Assembly (NCBI RefSeq): GCF_036321535.1
Contig: NC_087437.1
Coordinates: 47,308,001 to 47,372,000 of the forward strand
Source of the DNA: Camelus dromedarius
Lineage: Eukaryota
DNA: 64,000 nucleotides
Reading direction: 5' to 3'
Below, in pieces: positions 25,050 to 37,860 of the stretch (position 1 is the first letter of the stretch; each line of letters starts with the position of its first letter). The notes beneath the pieces were generated by a model. The model worked only from the letters and a program-made list of their open reading frames with translations, was not told the origin of the DNA and made no database searches. The position numbers and the translations under genes are program-made.

Positions 25050-26393
25050 TAATTGGTTAACTTTACACTCTAATAACTGGATTAATAAATACTCTACCTT
25101 AAAACCTTATAGAAATATATTAAGTCCATACACATTCTCACACCTCCAGAGGGAATCAAAATATCTAACAACCAGCCCATAATGAACCAGTCCTCCAGAA
25201 TGTATATCCACCAAAAACCCCGTAAGGGCATCCTGGAGCATGAAACTGAATAGAAGCCCTGAATATACAGACAATTGTACAAGTAACAGGCATCACTTTC
25301 CTCCCCTGCAAAGTTCTACACTAGATTCTACTCTGGTTTCTTTTTCAAGCAACAAGAATGACTAGCGATGAAAATTTCAAAGGAAAAATCTGAAGTTTGC
25401 CTTTTGTTTAGTTGGCTTTCTGTCTGAAGCTTAAAATAAAAATGGCCTAAGAGTTTCTTTCTCCATTTTCAGCATTCTATTTATCCTCCTCTCCGTTCCC
25501 AGGCCCTAAAAGCCAACAGCTCCCCACTCCCACACCCTTGCAATCCAAAGCTCCCTTCTCAAAATAGAAACTGAAGGAGATCCCCACAGCTCCTTGGTTG
25601 TTGCCTGCCTTGCCAGGATCCCTGAGCATTGCCTTCCTTCCCATGCTTCTCATGTACCTCTCTAACCAGCCAGCACTCCTGCAATTCCTCACTTCTTTTC
25701 TACCTTCTCCTCCAGATCTTGTTTCAAATCCAACCCTCCACTCATAAGATTTCCATATTATTCACTTCCTTGCCATTCTGTCCTTTAGAAATTCTTTGAA
25801 GAATAGTAGCGATTTTTGGATGTTCTAATGTCCATGTCAGGAAGCTGTAGCTCCCCACACCATTTTTTAATGGGAACATTTATTAAATACATCATGTCAG
25901 TCATTCTCCTGGATAATCTACTTATGTCATCTCATTTAACCACAACAATGTAGTTACACATATTATTTCCATTTCACAAGGGAATGAGAAAGACTGAGGA
26001 ATTTGTAGAGATCATACAGCTAGTACGCCATTAAATCAGGTTTTGACCTAGGAGACAGTTTAATGCCAATCTGTTTTTTCTTACCGTAGATTGCTGCTCA
26101 AAAAAACAAAAACAAAAACAAAAAAAACAACTAATAAAATTTCCAGATTTATGGAGTGTGGTCTTGATTTGACAGACATTTTTCTAAACTCACTGAAGTG
26201 TTAACCATACAAGAAAAGAAGGCTGGGTCACCACTGGACATCTCATTTCTCATAAATCTCAAGCCGACAGAGCCCTAAGCAACTGTAAGCTTGAGGAAAA
26301 TGTTAACCAGGCTAACTTCTATTACTACTGAGGGGAAATAAGGTATTAAGCTGACAGATTCCTGAAATATGTTGCCATTTATTTGAATTAATG

Positions 26394-26394
<1 letters not shown>

Positions 26395-26445
<51 letters not shown>
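26395..26445 (+). repeat. (TG)n microsatellite ~160 nt upstream of the exon acceptor
   Basis: About 25 uninterrupted TG units. Confidence 0.95.
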
Positions 26446-26446
<1 letters not shown>

Positions 26447-26608
26447 GGGAGATAATGGTCACATGCTGGGATCCAATTGCACTCAGGTGGGTTTGGAGGG
26501 CCCCTCTCAGCCTCTCTGTACTAGGAAGGCCTGGGCAGATATTTACTCTCTAGGGGTATGATAATTAACTGTGGACATCACATAAGACTGTATTATTTTC
26601 AATCTCAG

Positions 26609-26779
26609 AAATATTTACCAAAAAATCAGGGACCACGACCTCCTGGACAAAAGGAAAACTGTCACAGCACTGAAAGCAGGAGAGGACCGGGCCATTCTCC
26701 TAGGACTGGCCATGATGGTGTGCTCCATCATGATGTACTTCCTGCTGGGAATCACACTCCTGCGCTCATACATGCAGAG
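26609..26779 (+). CDS. KCNMB2: KCNMB2 coding exon 2 (TM1)
   Basis: Acceptor TTTTCAATCTCAG|. Translates NIYQKIRDHDLLDKRKTVTALKAGEDRAILLGLAMMVCSIMMYFLLGITLLRSYMQ(S). Donor GAG|GTAATG; 171 nt. Confidence 0.97.
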
Positions 26780-26866
26780 GTAATGCCACTGGGTGGTTGG
26801 GACACTGTCTTTTGTCTCCCTTTTCCCTCCTCCCCAACAACTTACCTATCCTGAAGTCCTCTTCTT

Positions 26867-29800
26867 CTTCTTTTTTTTTTTAATAGACTTTATTCTTTTA
26901 GAACAGTTTCAGGTTCACAACAGAATTGGGCAGAAAATATAAAGTTCACACATAGCCCTCCCCATCCACACATTTTTCTCCCCTACCCTGAATATCCCTC
27001 ATCAGTGTGGCATATTTGGTACAATCGATGAACCAACATGGATACGTTATTATCAACCAAAGTCCATAGTTTACATTAGGGTTCACTCTTGATGTTGAAC
27101 ATTCTATGGGCTTTGAGAACTGCATAATGACATGTAGGCACCACTATAGTATCATACAGAATAATTTCATTGCCCTAAAAGTCCCTTGTGCTCCATCTAT
27201 TCATTCCTCCCTCCCTCCCTCTCCCCAAACCCCTGGAAACCATGACCTTTTTACTGTTTCTGTAGCTGTGCCTTTTCCAGAATGTCATTTGGTTGGAGTC
27301 GTACAGTTTGTAGCCTTTTCAGACTGGCTTCTTTCATTTAGTAATCCGTCTTTTAAGTTTCTTCAATGTCTTTCATGGCTTGATAGATCTTTTTTTTACT
27401 GCACATATGTTTTTAAATTTACATATATGTACTGTTCATTGTTTCTAAGAATGTTTAGAGCTTTAGCTTCTTAAACTTACATAGTTATCAAAGGAATAAA
27501 GCCAACCACACAATAAGGATTAACTCAAAAAGATACATACACCCTGCTATTAACAGCAACATTATTTATAATTGCCAAGATATGGAAACATCTTAAGTGC
27601 ACATCAATAGTTGAATAGATAATGAAGATGCAGTATATTTATACACACACACACACACACTCATACACACATATAATGGAGTACAACTCACCTATAAAAA
27701 AGATGACTTTGCCATTTGCTGCCCTTCATTCACTTTTTTTTTCCACTTCAAAAACCAGAATTTTATAACTGGCATCAAAAACATCAAAATACAACAAAAT
27801 ATCTAGAAATAAACTTAACCAAGGAGGTTACCTATACTCTGAAAACTGAAATGACACAAAGAAATGGAAAGATTTCTTGTGCTCTTGGATTGGGAGAATC
27901 AACACTATCAAAATGGCCACGCTACCCAAAGCAATCCACAGATCCAATGCAACCCCTGTCAAAATACTCACGACATTCCTCACAGAACTAGAACAAACAA
28001 TTCCAAAATTTATAAGCAACCACAGAAGGCCTCAGACAGCCAAAGCAATCTTTTGTAGGTCTCTTTTTTTCTCTTTCTTCTTTGTGTTCTCTTTTCTTAT
28101 GGTTTGATGACTAGAGAAAGTCCTTTAACATTTGTTGTAAGGCTGGTTTGGTGGTGCTGAAATCTTTCAGCTTTTGTTTATCTGTGAAGCTTTTGATTTC
28201 TCCATCAAGTATGAATGAGAGCCTTGCTGGATAGAGTATTCTTGGTTAAGTTTCCCCCTTGAATCACTTTAAATATATCGCGCCACTCCCTTCTGGCCTG
28301 TAGAGTTTCTGTTGAAAAATCAGATGATAACCTTATGGGAGTTCCCTTGTATGTTATTCGTTGCTTTTCTCTTGCTAATTGTAATATTTTCTTCTTGTCC
28401 TTAATTGTTGTAAATTTGATGAGTATGTGCCTTGGTGTGTTCCTCTTTGGGTTGATTCTGTGTGGTACTCTCTGCACTTCCAGGACCTGGGTGACTGTTT
28501 CCTTTCCCAAGTTGGGGAATTTTTCTGTTATTATCTCTCCAAAATTTTTCTCAGGTCCTTTCTCTTTCTCTTCTCTTTCTGGGACCCCTTACATTGCGAA
28601 TATTAGAGTGCTTCATGTTGTCCGAGAGTTCTCTTAAACTATCCTCATTCCTGTTTATTCTTTTTTCTTTTTTCTGTTCTGAAGTAGTGATTTCCACTAA
28701 TCTGTCTTCTAGCTCACCGATCCGTTCTTCTGCCTCATTTAGTCTATTCTTGGTTCCTTCTTGTGTATTGTTCATTTCAGTGATTTTATTCTTCAACTCT
28801 GTTTGGGTATTCTTGATATTTTCCAGCTCTTTGCTAAAAACTTCACTTTGTGCATCTATACTCCTCTTGACTTCTCTGAACATCTTCACTATCATTACCT
28901 TAAACTCTTTCTCAGATAAATTAGCTATCACCTCATCACTTATTTCTTCTTCTGGGATTTTATCTTTTGCCTTGGCCTGGGAGGTATTCCTTTGCCACCT
29001 CATCTTTTTATGTGTTTGTGGATTCCTTCCACAGGCTTTGGGATTATTGTTTTCTTATTCCTAGTATCTGCCTCTGGTGGATGAGGCTGGACTAGAGGCT
29101 TATGCAGGTTTCCTGACAGGAGGAGCAGGTGCCTGCCCACTGCTGGGTGAAGCTTTGTCCTGGACCTCTGGTGGGCAGGGCTGTGTCTAGAGGCCTTTGT
29201 GGCTTAGGAAGTCTGATGATGGGTGTGGCTGTGTTCCCACCCTGTCTGTTGTTTGGCCTGAGGCTTCCCTACAGGCTGTTGGGTGGAGCTAGGTCTTGGT
29301 GCTAATGATCCAATCAAGATATCAGCCTCCAGGAAAGTCATGTAGATTAACACTCCTGGAATGTCTGCCACCAGCTTTATGCCCCCTGAGTGACCCACAG
29401 CCATCCCCTACATCCCCAGGAGACCCTCCAAATCCAGTAGGCAGGTCTGGCCCAGGTTCCTATGAAATCATTGCCTCTGCCCTTGGACCTGGTGCATGTG
29501 AGTTTCCATGTACGCCTCTCAGTTTCCCCCAGTCCCACGAGGCTCCCAGAGCCAAGCCCCACTGGCCTTCAAAACCAGGTGTCCTGGGGTCTCCTTCTCT
29601 TCCCAGTGCTGAGACCCGAGCTGGGCAGCCTGACATGGGGCTTAGAGCTCTCACTCCTGCGGGAGGGCCTCTGCGACTTAACAAATCTTCAGCTTGTGGG
29701 TTGCCCACCCGGGGGGTAGGGGGCCCAATTATATCACAAGCACGCTCCTCCTACCATCCTGCTGTGGTTCGCTCTTTATATTTTTGCTAGGTTCCAATCT

Positions 29801-29893
29801 TTTCTCGATGGTTGTTTGGCATTCAGTTGTGGTTACACTGTAGTCACAAGGAGAGGCAAGCTCGTGGTCCTACCACTCTGCCATCTTGACCAG
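26867..29893 (-). mobile_element. Chimeric ORF1-only (half-L1-like) retroelement with complete 5' end and 17-bp TSD
   Basis: TSD CCTGAAGTCCTCTTCTT at 26850-26866 and 29894-29910. The minus strand starts CTGGTCAAGATGGCAGAG, followed by a GC-rich 5'UTR, ORF1, opposite-strand ORF2 scraps, an L1MC-like 3' end and poly(A). Confidence 0.85.
28110..29003 (-). pseudogene. L1 ORF1p, frameshifted
   Basis: ORF 28551..29003 (coiled coil, EAEERIGELEDR) and ORF 28205..28510 (QRVPHRINPKRNTPRHILIK...YKGTPIRLSSDFSTETLQARREW) lie in different frames. Confidence 0.9.
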
Positions 29894-30014
29894 CCTGAAG
29901 TCCTCTTCTTTACCTACTTTCTTGAAAAGAACTTTGAACAGTGCCTAGCACATAACATTTATCAATAATGTTATTTAATAACAATGATTTTTAAAAAACA
30001 GCTGTAGGTATAAA

Positions 30015-30205
30015 CTACCTACTACGTGCCAGGGACTTGGCATTATGTTATTTGTTTAATTCTCATAACTATTCTATAAGGCAAGTAGGCATATACTCAT
30101 GAAAATGGCAAAACTGAGGCTTAAAATAGATGTAATTTGCCCAAAGTCACACAGCTTTAGTATTGGCAGAGCCAAGATTCAGACTTACAACCTGCTAATT
30201 CCAGA
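30015..30205 (-). mobile_element. MIR SINE
   Basis: AAACTGAGGCTTAAAATAGATGTAATTTGCCCAAAGTCACACAGCT. Confidence 0.75.
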
Positions 30206-30294
30206 ATCTCTATTCTTGCCTCTTCACATCTCTGTCCATTCTCCACCCTCACTGCTTTTCCATCCCACCTCACTCTTCCATCACCCCACACATT

Positions 30295-30472
30295 AATGGT
30301 TCTCAACCGCACATTTTAACTTCCTGAGAGACTAAAAATACTGATACCCAGGTCCCATCACCATCATTCCAGAGGGTCAGATTTAATTGGTCTGGGGTGG
30401 GACCCAGTCACCAGTATCTTTTTAAGTTCCCCCAGGTGATTCTAATATGCTATCAAGGCTGAGAAACACTGC
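30295..30472. mobile_element. MER5-like MITE
   Basis: ATGGTTCTCAA...GATTTAATTGGTCTGGGGTGG...CCCAGGTGATTCTAATATGC...TGAGAAACACTG. Confidence 0.8.
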
Positions 30473-32193
30473 TATGCACCAACTTCTAAAAAAGAAAAAA
30501 CAGATTTTAAACATTTCTTATTTGCACTAGGTTTACCAAAAATATAAAGAAGTAATTAAATACTGAGATGGCAAGTGTGTTCCCTCCTGCGTAAGCCACA
30601 TGATAAATCTCCACAACCTCTCTAGCTAACTGTTGTCCATAAATTGGACACTGTGAGCACAGGAAAACCCAGCATTGCTATAACTAACGGGGTAAGTCTC
30701 ACAGTGCTTCAGCTTAAAGTAACGAGGCTCTTTCAAATGAAAAATTGAGGTTTAAATCCAAAAGACAATCAAACCATTTTGTGGCACTCATTTCCCCACC
30801 TAAGTTAATACTTTCATTTTAGAAGCAACATCCAGCTGAAACACAGTAATTTACTAAAATTAAGGCAGCATCTTTCCCATTTGTGGCTGCTCTGCTCTGT
30901 TTCTCTGATGCCTTCAGCTGTGCTCCTTCTCAATGAAGGCGCTGATGCCTCAGGCCCCAAGAGTTCACTGATTTCAAAACTGCTTTCAGATACTCACATC
31001 TGCTGAGAACCATCTAAGATTTTTTTCCTCCTCGTGTAAGCAAAATCTGACCACCCACATTACAGGAAAATACAATTTGCCACCTTAGAGGCAGTCAGGG
31101 CTAGTATCCTGGCCCTGACATAAAACTGGACATGAAAAGGGGGCCCTGTCAACACATGTCCAGCAAAAAGAAGGGTTATTAATTTTCAAAGAAACATGCT
31201 GTTTTCTGACCACTATAGTAATCACCTTATATCTAGAAGCAAAACATTGATTCTGGGTGTGTTACTTCCTAATCACAAATATTACCCTTTATCATAAAAT
31301 TATAAATATTTCAGAATGAAAAGCTAACCAATGGGCAGCTGGAAGGGTTTTTGTTTGTTTAATCTTTCTAATTGAGAGTCCCAGGGCACAGATAGGAGCC
31401 CCTTAATCTGCACAGAAGGGCCTCTTGTCCACTGTGTTTGTGGGCAGCAGCACAGCACCATGGAATGAGCCTGCGCATTAGAGACACTAGCTGAGTGTCC
31501 TTGCATGTTATTTGGTTTCTCTGACCATCAATTCACTCACTTTTAGAAGGAATTAATACCCAATCTACAGGGTTGTTGGGAAAACAAAAGAAGATAGTAT
31601 ATGTAAAGCACTCATTAGGGTTAAGGGGGATGCAACAAATGATTGCTCTTGGTATAACCAAAAGGTGGAGTTAACTTTTCTCCCTTAAAGAAATCTATCA
31701 CTGTCCTTCCATCTGTCACATTGGACCTCAAGCTCCTCCACTCTTTCGCCCTCTCTCCTCCCCTTCTCCCTTATACCTCTCTGCCTACAAACTGGGCAGA
31801 CATCATGAGGTGAGGACCAGGGCATGGCTGGAAGCTGCTTACAATGTAAAGATTCAGGGTTGGGTGCAGGTTGTGATTCAAAAAGATGCCTTATGCTTAC
31901 CAGTGAATCTGATGAGGAAAAAATATATAACTTAAAGCAAGCATTGGAGAAGATGATACTAAATCCGAAGGAAGTCACTGGAAAAGTTCTCAGATGCCAG
32001 GCAAAGTTTATCTATGTTTATATCGTAGTTAGCCTAAGGCTGCTCTATTCAAAGGCATACATGTTAACAAGTAGGTTGTGTTACAGATTTGGAAGATTTT
32101 TCAGGTCAAGTTCCTGACAAATTATCCCCTCCCATTACACCTTCTTTGCCATTGGCATTTGGGCCTGTGCTTACTCTCCCCCTCTCTCTGTAG

Positions 32194-32389
32194 CGTGTGG
32201 ACCGAAGAGGCTCAGTGCACCTTGCTGAATGCAACCATCACAGAAACATTTAACTGCTCCTTCAGCTGTGGTCCAGACTGCTGGAAACTCTCTCAGTACC
32301 CCTGCCTCCAGGTGTACGTTAACCTGACTTCTTCCGGCGAAAAGCTCCTTCTCTACCACACAGAAGAGACAATGAAAATCAATCAGAAG
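32194..32389 (+). CDS. KCNMB2: KCNMB2 coding exon 3 (extracellular loop)
   Basis: Acceptor CTCTCTCTGTAG|. Translates VWTEEAQCTLLNATITETFNCSFSCGPDCWKLSQYPCLQVYVNLTSSGEKLLLYHTEETMKINQK. Donor AAG|GTAGGA; 196 nt. Confidence 0.97.
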
Positions 32390-33899
32390 GTAGGAGCTTG
32401 GCACACACTGCATCTCATTCACCCCAAACAGCTCCACTCCAGCTCATCTCTTTCTCTCTGACGTTCCCTGAGCCACTATTTCAAAGGAAAATGCCATTAG
32501 GAAGCAAGCCCTGCCTCATCCAGTGTAGAACTCACTACAGTATTTGAATCTTGCTTAGGAAACATTTATTTTCTGTGCAACTGGTGGTCAAATCATTCCC
32601 CGATTTTGTGGCAGTGCAGATTTAGCCTTTACTTCCATTTAGAAGGATAGACATCATATCCTTATTGAGACACAAATAGATTGAGTCTTTTAAAGCAAAT
32701 GTGCAGCTTAGACAGAGTTGGACAAGCCAAAAACCAGATGTTTGTTATATACCTGGGAGCCATAGGGTAAAACTCTATTTTGATTTTCCATGGCCATTGT
32801 CACTTAGTTTTGTGGTCTTGGAATGTAACTTAACCTCTCTGAGCCTCAGTATCCTTTTCTCTAAAAAGGCAATAACAATGACCATCTTGTAAGGTCATTC
32901 TGGGGATAAGGGCAGGGTACGTAAAGTGTTGAGCAGAGCACAGGCAAGATCTTCAACCCATGGTCACAATATATGTGCCTGTGTGTATATCTCCTTATAT
33001 ATTATGTTCATAGACGCTGAATTTTCCAGCACTGATATATTCAAGTCCACATGTTGGAGGCTCAACAAACACATATTATGTTAAAGCTGCACATAAAATT
33101 TGCATTTATAAGGCATGGGATGACCAGTAAAGTGTCAGCAGAATCAATCTGCCATTATCAATTTTAAGTTAAATATACTAAGTTTTGAATTTATGGTAAC
33201 AATTTAGATGGCCAGAGTACTCATATATCAAGACAACAGGCCATTCTCCAATACAACAGTTGACTCTCATCATAAGGATCTTTCTCTTAAAAATTTTTTT
33301 TCATTACAATTATCAGCACTCAAATGACATAGACTATATGTACTGAAAAAAATGCAGTAGCTTTAAAGTGTGATACTAGAACATGGGATTTGTTTTGTGA
33401 TATACTGACACAAACTAGGAAACCCACCTTGCATTTTGATTACAGTAAGTTAAAAGAATTCTTGTAAATATCTCTGAGGACACAAAAGTCTGCTCTGATT
33501 GCCTTTCCTTTGTGGTGCCCACAAACAATACCAGTCCTAACCCTGTTCTGCAAATATAGCTTAGCTCTCTCACAATCACAAAGTGTATATTTTTCACAAT
33601 CCCTTAAGTCAGATTTTTAAATAAAAACTGACCTAATAGTCATGTAATGACTGAGTAAGTAATGCCTATAAAACTCTCAAGTCTCCAAGGAATTAAAAAT
33701 TAGCCAAAGTTAAATAGGCATCAAAAAGTGGGACCAATATCCATTTCCCCGTTATGACATTTTATGACTGCAGCCCTGTGAACGCATTATTTAGGCTATA
33801 CACAGGGAGTGAACCTTTCAGAGAAAGTCTCCGTTAAATATTTAGGACCAGTATCTTATCTGCTGTCAGCACAATACTAGGTCATTGTTTGGTTTATTT

Positions 33900-34344
33900 A
33901 CCTTACTTTTAACTGTGAAACATGTAAGAAATGAAAAAGTACAGCTCAGACTCTTATTACAGAGATCCCCCACATAACTACCATGAGAGCAAAGAAATTA
34001 AACATTTCCTGCACTGCAGGAAATCAGAAACTTGAAGTTCTGATGACTAATATTATCTAGACCATTTCATTAATTTATTGGCATTTTGAATATCCTTTCT
34101 GTAAAATGTCTGTTCAAGTCCCTTGTTGAGTTTCCTACTGGATTGTTTCTTCTTAATATTCATTGCAGGAATTCTTCAAATCTAGATGTGAACTTTTCTG
34201 GACCATTGTGTTGTAAATATCTTCTCCCAAAATGTAGCCTTTTCACTCTCTCAGTATCTGAATGGTGTGTTCAAATAAAAGGATTTTCTAATTTCAGTGC
34301 AACCAAATTCTGACAATATTTTTTCCTTTTCTTTTCTTTTATCT

Positions 34345-34392
<48 letters not shown>

Positions 34393-36300
34393 GTTGTCCT
34401 GTTTAAAAAGTCTTTACCTATCCAAAGGTCATGAAGTCATTCTCCCAAATGATCTTCTGTAAGTGTTATTGTTTCTTCTTTCAGGTTTAGAGTACAATCT
34501 GCCTGGAATTGATTTTTATGTAGAAGTCAAGCTTCTGGGTTTCTTTTTTATTCATACAAATAGCCATTTGCCCAAGTCCATTTATGAAAAGATGACCTTT
34601 TTTCACTGGTTTATTTTTATGAGCCCATTTTCCCCTCTATTTTCTTGGAAATTATGATTTGTTACTACTCTTTTGAGTGTTTAGTGATTACAGCATGCAA
34701 TCCTGACTAATGAGGGACATTAAAACATTTTAACTCCATTTATTTTCTTCCCAATTTATATAGTATCAACATTTTTATTCTATATCTATTTAAGCACAGG
34801 TAGATATTACTATTTTTATCTATAGTAGATACTATCTATAGTAGTAGATGTATCCCTCTGATTTTCCATTTTCTTGTTCTTCATTCCTTTCTTTATCTTT
34901 GGCCTTCTATCTGGGATCATTTTTCTTCTTCCTGAAGAAAACTCTTTAATTATTTAGGGCAGTATCTGCTCTAAATAAATCTTTCAGCATTATTTGTCTG
35001 AAAATATTTTCTTTTCATTTTCATTCTCAAAAGATATGTTCACTGAGTATAAAATTCTAAGTTGGATGTTATTTTCTTTCTTACATTTTAGACATTCCAT
35101 TGTCTTCTGGTGAGCATTGTTACTATTTGTAAGTCAGCTCTCAGTCTAATTACTACTTTTCTGAAGGTAATCTTGGTCTACTTTAAAGACTATTTTCTTT
35201 GGTTTTCTACAGTTGAACTATATTATGTGTCAAAGTATACGCTTATTTCTATTTAGCCTGATTAGTGTTCCCAGGGCCTCTCCTCTCTCCCTGTGCCTTG
35301 ATGTTCTTTGTCAGTTTTAGAAGGTTCTCAATAATTTCCTCATCAAATATTGTCTCTGCTCTCGTTCTCTCCCCTTTCTCCCTTTTGGACTCCAATGGAC
35401 CATATGTTAGGTATTCTCATTGTATCCCCTGTGTTTCTTCATCTCTCTTTTTTATTTCCTCCTTTTTTCTCTCTGAGCTTCAATCTAGACATTGACCTAT
35501 CTTCAGATTTACAGTTCTTTCCTCAGCTCTGACAAATCTCTTGTTAAACTCATCCATTGAATTCTTAATTTCTCTTATTATATTTTTAATTTCTAGGCTT
35601 TTTGGGGGGTAATATTCTAATTCTTGTATTTTAAATTCTTCAAGATAAAAAGTAAAATTGTAGTTATTTGAAAGTTTATTTTGATGACTTCATTATCAGA
35701 AGCCCCTATGTGCCTATTCTAGTTTTTTTTTTTTTCTTCTTCTTCTTCTTTTCTTGGCTGTTTTCATGTTGTCTTGTAATGTCTGGTTATTTATTTATTT
35801 TTTTTATTAGATGTCAGACATCACATCTGAAAAAAAATATTTTAAAAAAACAATTTTAAGCCTAGGTTGATTTTATGATGTCATTTTTCCAAAAATTATT
35901 TCCATTTGCTTCTGCCAGGCCTCTAGGCACACCAGCCATTCATGATCACCTCATTCTGACTACATGAGTTAAGATATTCAAGTTTGAACTGAGGTCCCTG
36001 TGAGGATCAGTCTTCTTCATGTTGACCATTTCTCCTAGAACTCAACTCATAAGAGTCTCAACCCAAAGTGAATAGTGGTCATCAGGGCCCCCACCTGATA
36101 GCCCTTCATGATAATCCCTGCTTCTAGCTCTGCAAGGCTGTCAAAAGTTCCACCCAGCCTTCTAGGATCTCAGCCTCCTTCTAGAATTGACAGACACTCC
36201 CAGGAGAAAGGTAACACCAAACAGTAGGCTCCCCTTCCTAGCCCAGTAGTTCTTCACTCTCTGGATAGCTATCCTCTGCCTTTAATCAGAAATATATGCA
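33900..36300 (-). mobile_element. Very old L1/HAL1-like remnants, with a (TG)n tract at 34349-34389
   Basis: T-rich reverse L1 motifs (GAGTATAAAATTCTAAGTTGGATGTTATTTTCTTT, TTCCATTGTCTTCTGG). Confidence 0.6.
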
Positions 36301-37174
36301 TTGAAAATACAGTTATCTCCATGTCAAAATGTCATTAAACCATGATCTTAATGTAGCATGAAAAATATGCAGGACATGCCTGGGGAAAAAAATGGAAATA
36401 TTCTCTATCTTGACCTCTCCTTCCTGTTACTCTCCCCTAAGCTCACCAAAAGTAGTAGTCTTTCCCATAGTTACCAAAAAATGGGCATGGTTTTATTGAG
36501 ATACATAAGGCACTACTGACAGTTTGATCTGAGGCAACAGGAAGCAAAAGGATATCAGTCAAGCTGTCTGCTTCTCTGTAGAAAGATATCCAAAAGAGTT
36601 TTATTTTTAAATTTTCATGTTCTCTTATGTATTCTTTTTCTTTAGTTTTTAAATTCAGTGACCAGCCTCTTGTCAACATTACAACTGAAGCTGCTTAAGC
36701 TGATAAGCTGGCATGCTCTCTTGTGAAGCATCTGGCTGACTAGCAGTCCCTGGGAGCTACAAGTAGGCTCAAGAGCCCCTGACTCTCCTGGCTGCAAGGC
36801 TGTCACTGAAATCACAAACAGTGACTGAGTATTAATTCACTGTGGTTGTTAAATTTCTCAATGCTGATCTCCTCTGAGAGTTTAAAACCTTGTTTACCCA
36901 GAGATTCCCCAAAAACATGCCCATCTGGTTTAAGAGTAGATTTTTAAAGAATTGTGGAAAATAAGAAAATATATCCATTTTCGCTATGTAGTATAATACC
37001 ATATATTTGGTATTTTATATATAACTGTCATGAGGAAGACAGCTATTTGGGGCGAAGAATAACTTCTATAAATCAGCCAGTTATTTAGAACTCCAAACCA
37101 GCATCACACCCTCATTTTGTCACCAAGTCTGAAGCCTTCTGGGTTCCCCAAATCCAAGGGGTATACACATCTAG

Positions 37175-37378
37175 ACTAGGATTTCTCAGCCTCAGGACTA
37201 TTAACATTTGGGGCTGAATATTTCTTTATTGTCTGTGAGGGTAGTGGGGAGACCTGTTCTGTACATTGTGGGAGGTTTAGCAGCATCCCTGGCCTCCACT
37301 CACTAGATACCTAGCATCACCCTCCCTCCAAGTGTGGCAACTAAAAATGTCTCCAGACAATGGAAGAACCACTGCTTT
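37175..37378. mobile_element. MER20-like hAT MITE
   Basis: GGAGGTTTAGCAGCATCCCTGGCCTCCACTCACTAGATACC...CAACTAAAAATGTCTCCAGACA. Confidence 0.85.
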
Positions 37379-37659
37379 AGATTTTGTTTAGCTTTTAGCT
37401 TGGATGCTGAGATTCTGGAATTCTAATCAAAGCTTGTAAGCATTGAGTTCCTCTGCACAGCGTTGGTGGGATAAGAAGAAAAGGGAAGAAAATAAATTGA
37501 AGCTGAGAATTTAAATGGGAAAACAAAGAGGGATCCACAATTACTAAGTGTTTACTATATACTCCATGCTCAGCACTACACTAAGAATTTTATAAAAATC
37601 ATCACATTTCATCCTGAATAAATCCCTATTCCTAAAGTAATAATAGCCAAATTTTATCA

Positions 37660-37860
37660 AGAGTTTACAATGTGCCAGGCACTATATAGTACTAAATATT
37701 TTACATGAGCTCATTTGTTTAATTACAGCAGCAATCCCACATATTAGGTACCACTACTATCTCCACTTCACAATAATGAAGCTAAGCTCAGAAAATGAAA
37801 TAATTTTCCCAGGGTCACACATTCACTAATTAGCTCTGAATTAAAATCTAAGTCTCTTTG
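37660..37860 (-). mobile_element. MIR SINE
   Basis: ATGTGCCAGGCACT...GAAGCTAAGCTCAGAAA...CCCAGGGTCACAC. Confidence 0.7.

Noticed and set aside
26558..26854. 98-aa ORF over the KCNMB2 exon, and extended ORF 32078..32461
   Set aside because: The first is an off-frame reading of the exon. The second is the true exon frame running into introns. Splice sites define the real CDS.
29204..29790. Cluster of Pro/Gly-rich ORFs up to 164 aa
   Set aside because: They lie in the GC-rich L1-type 5'UTR, where stop codons are scarce. There is no evidence for an ORF0-like product from sequence alone.
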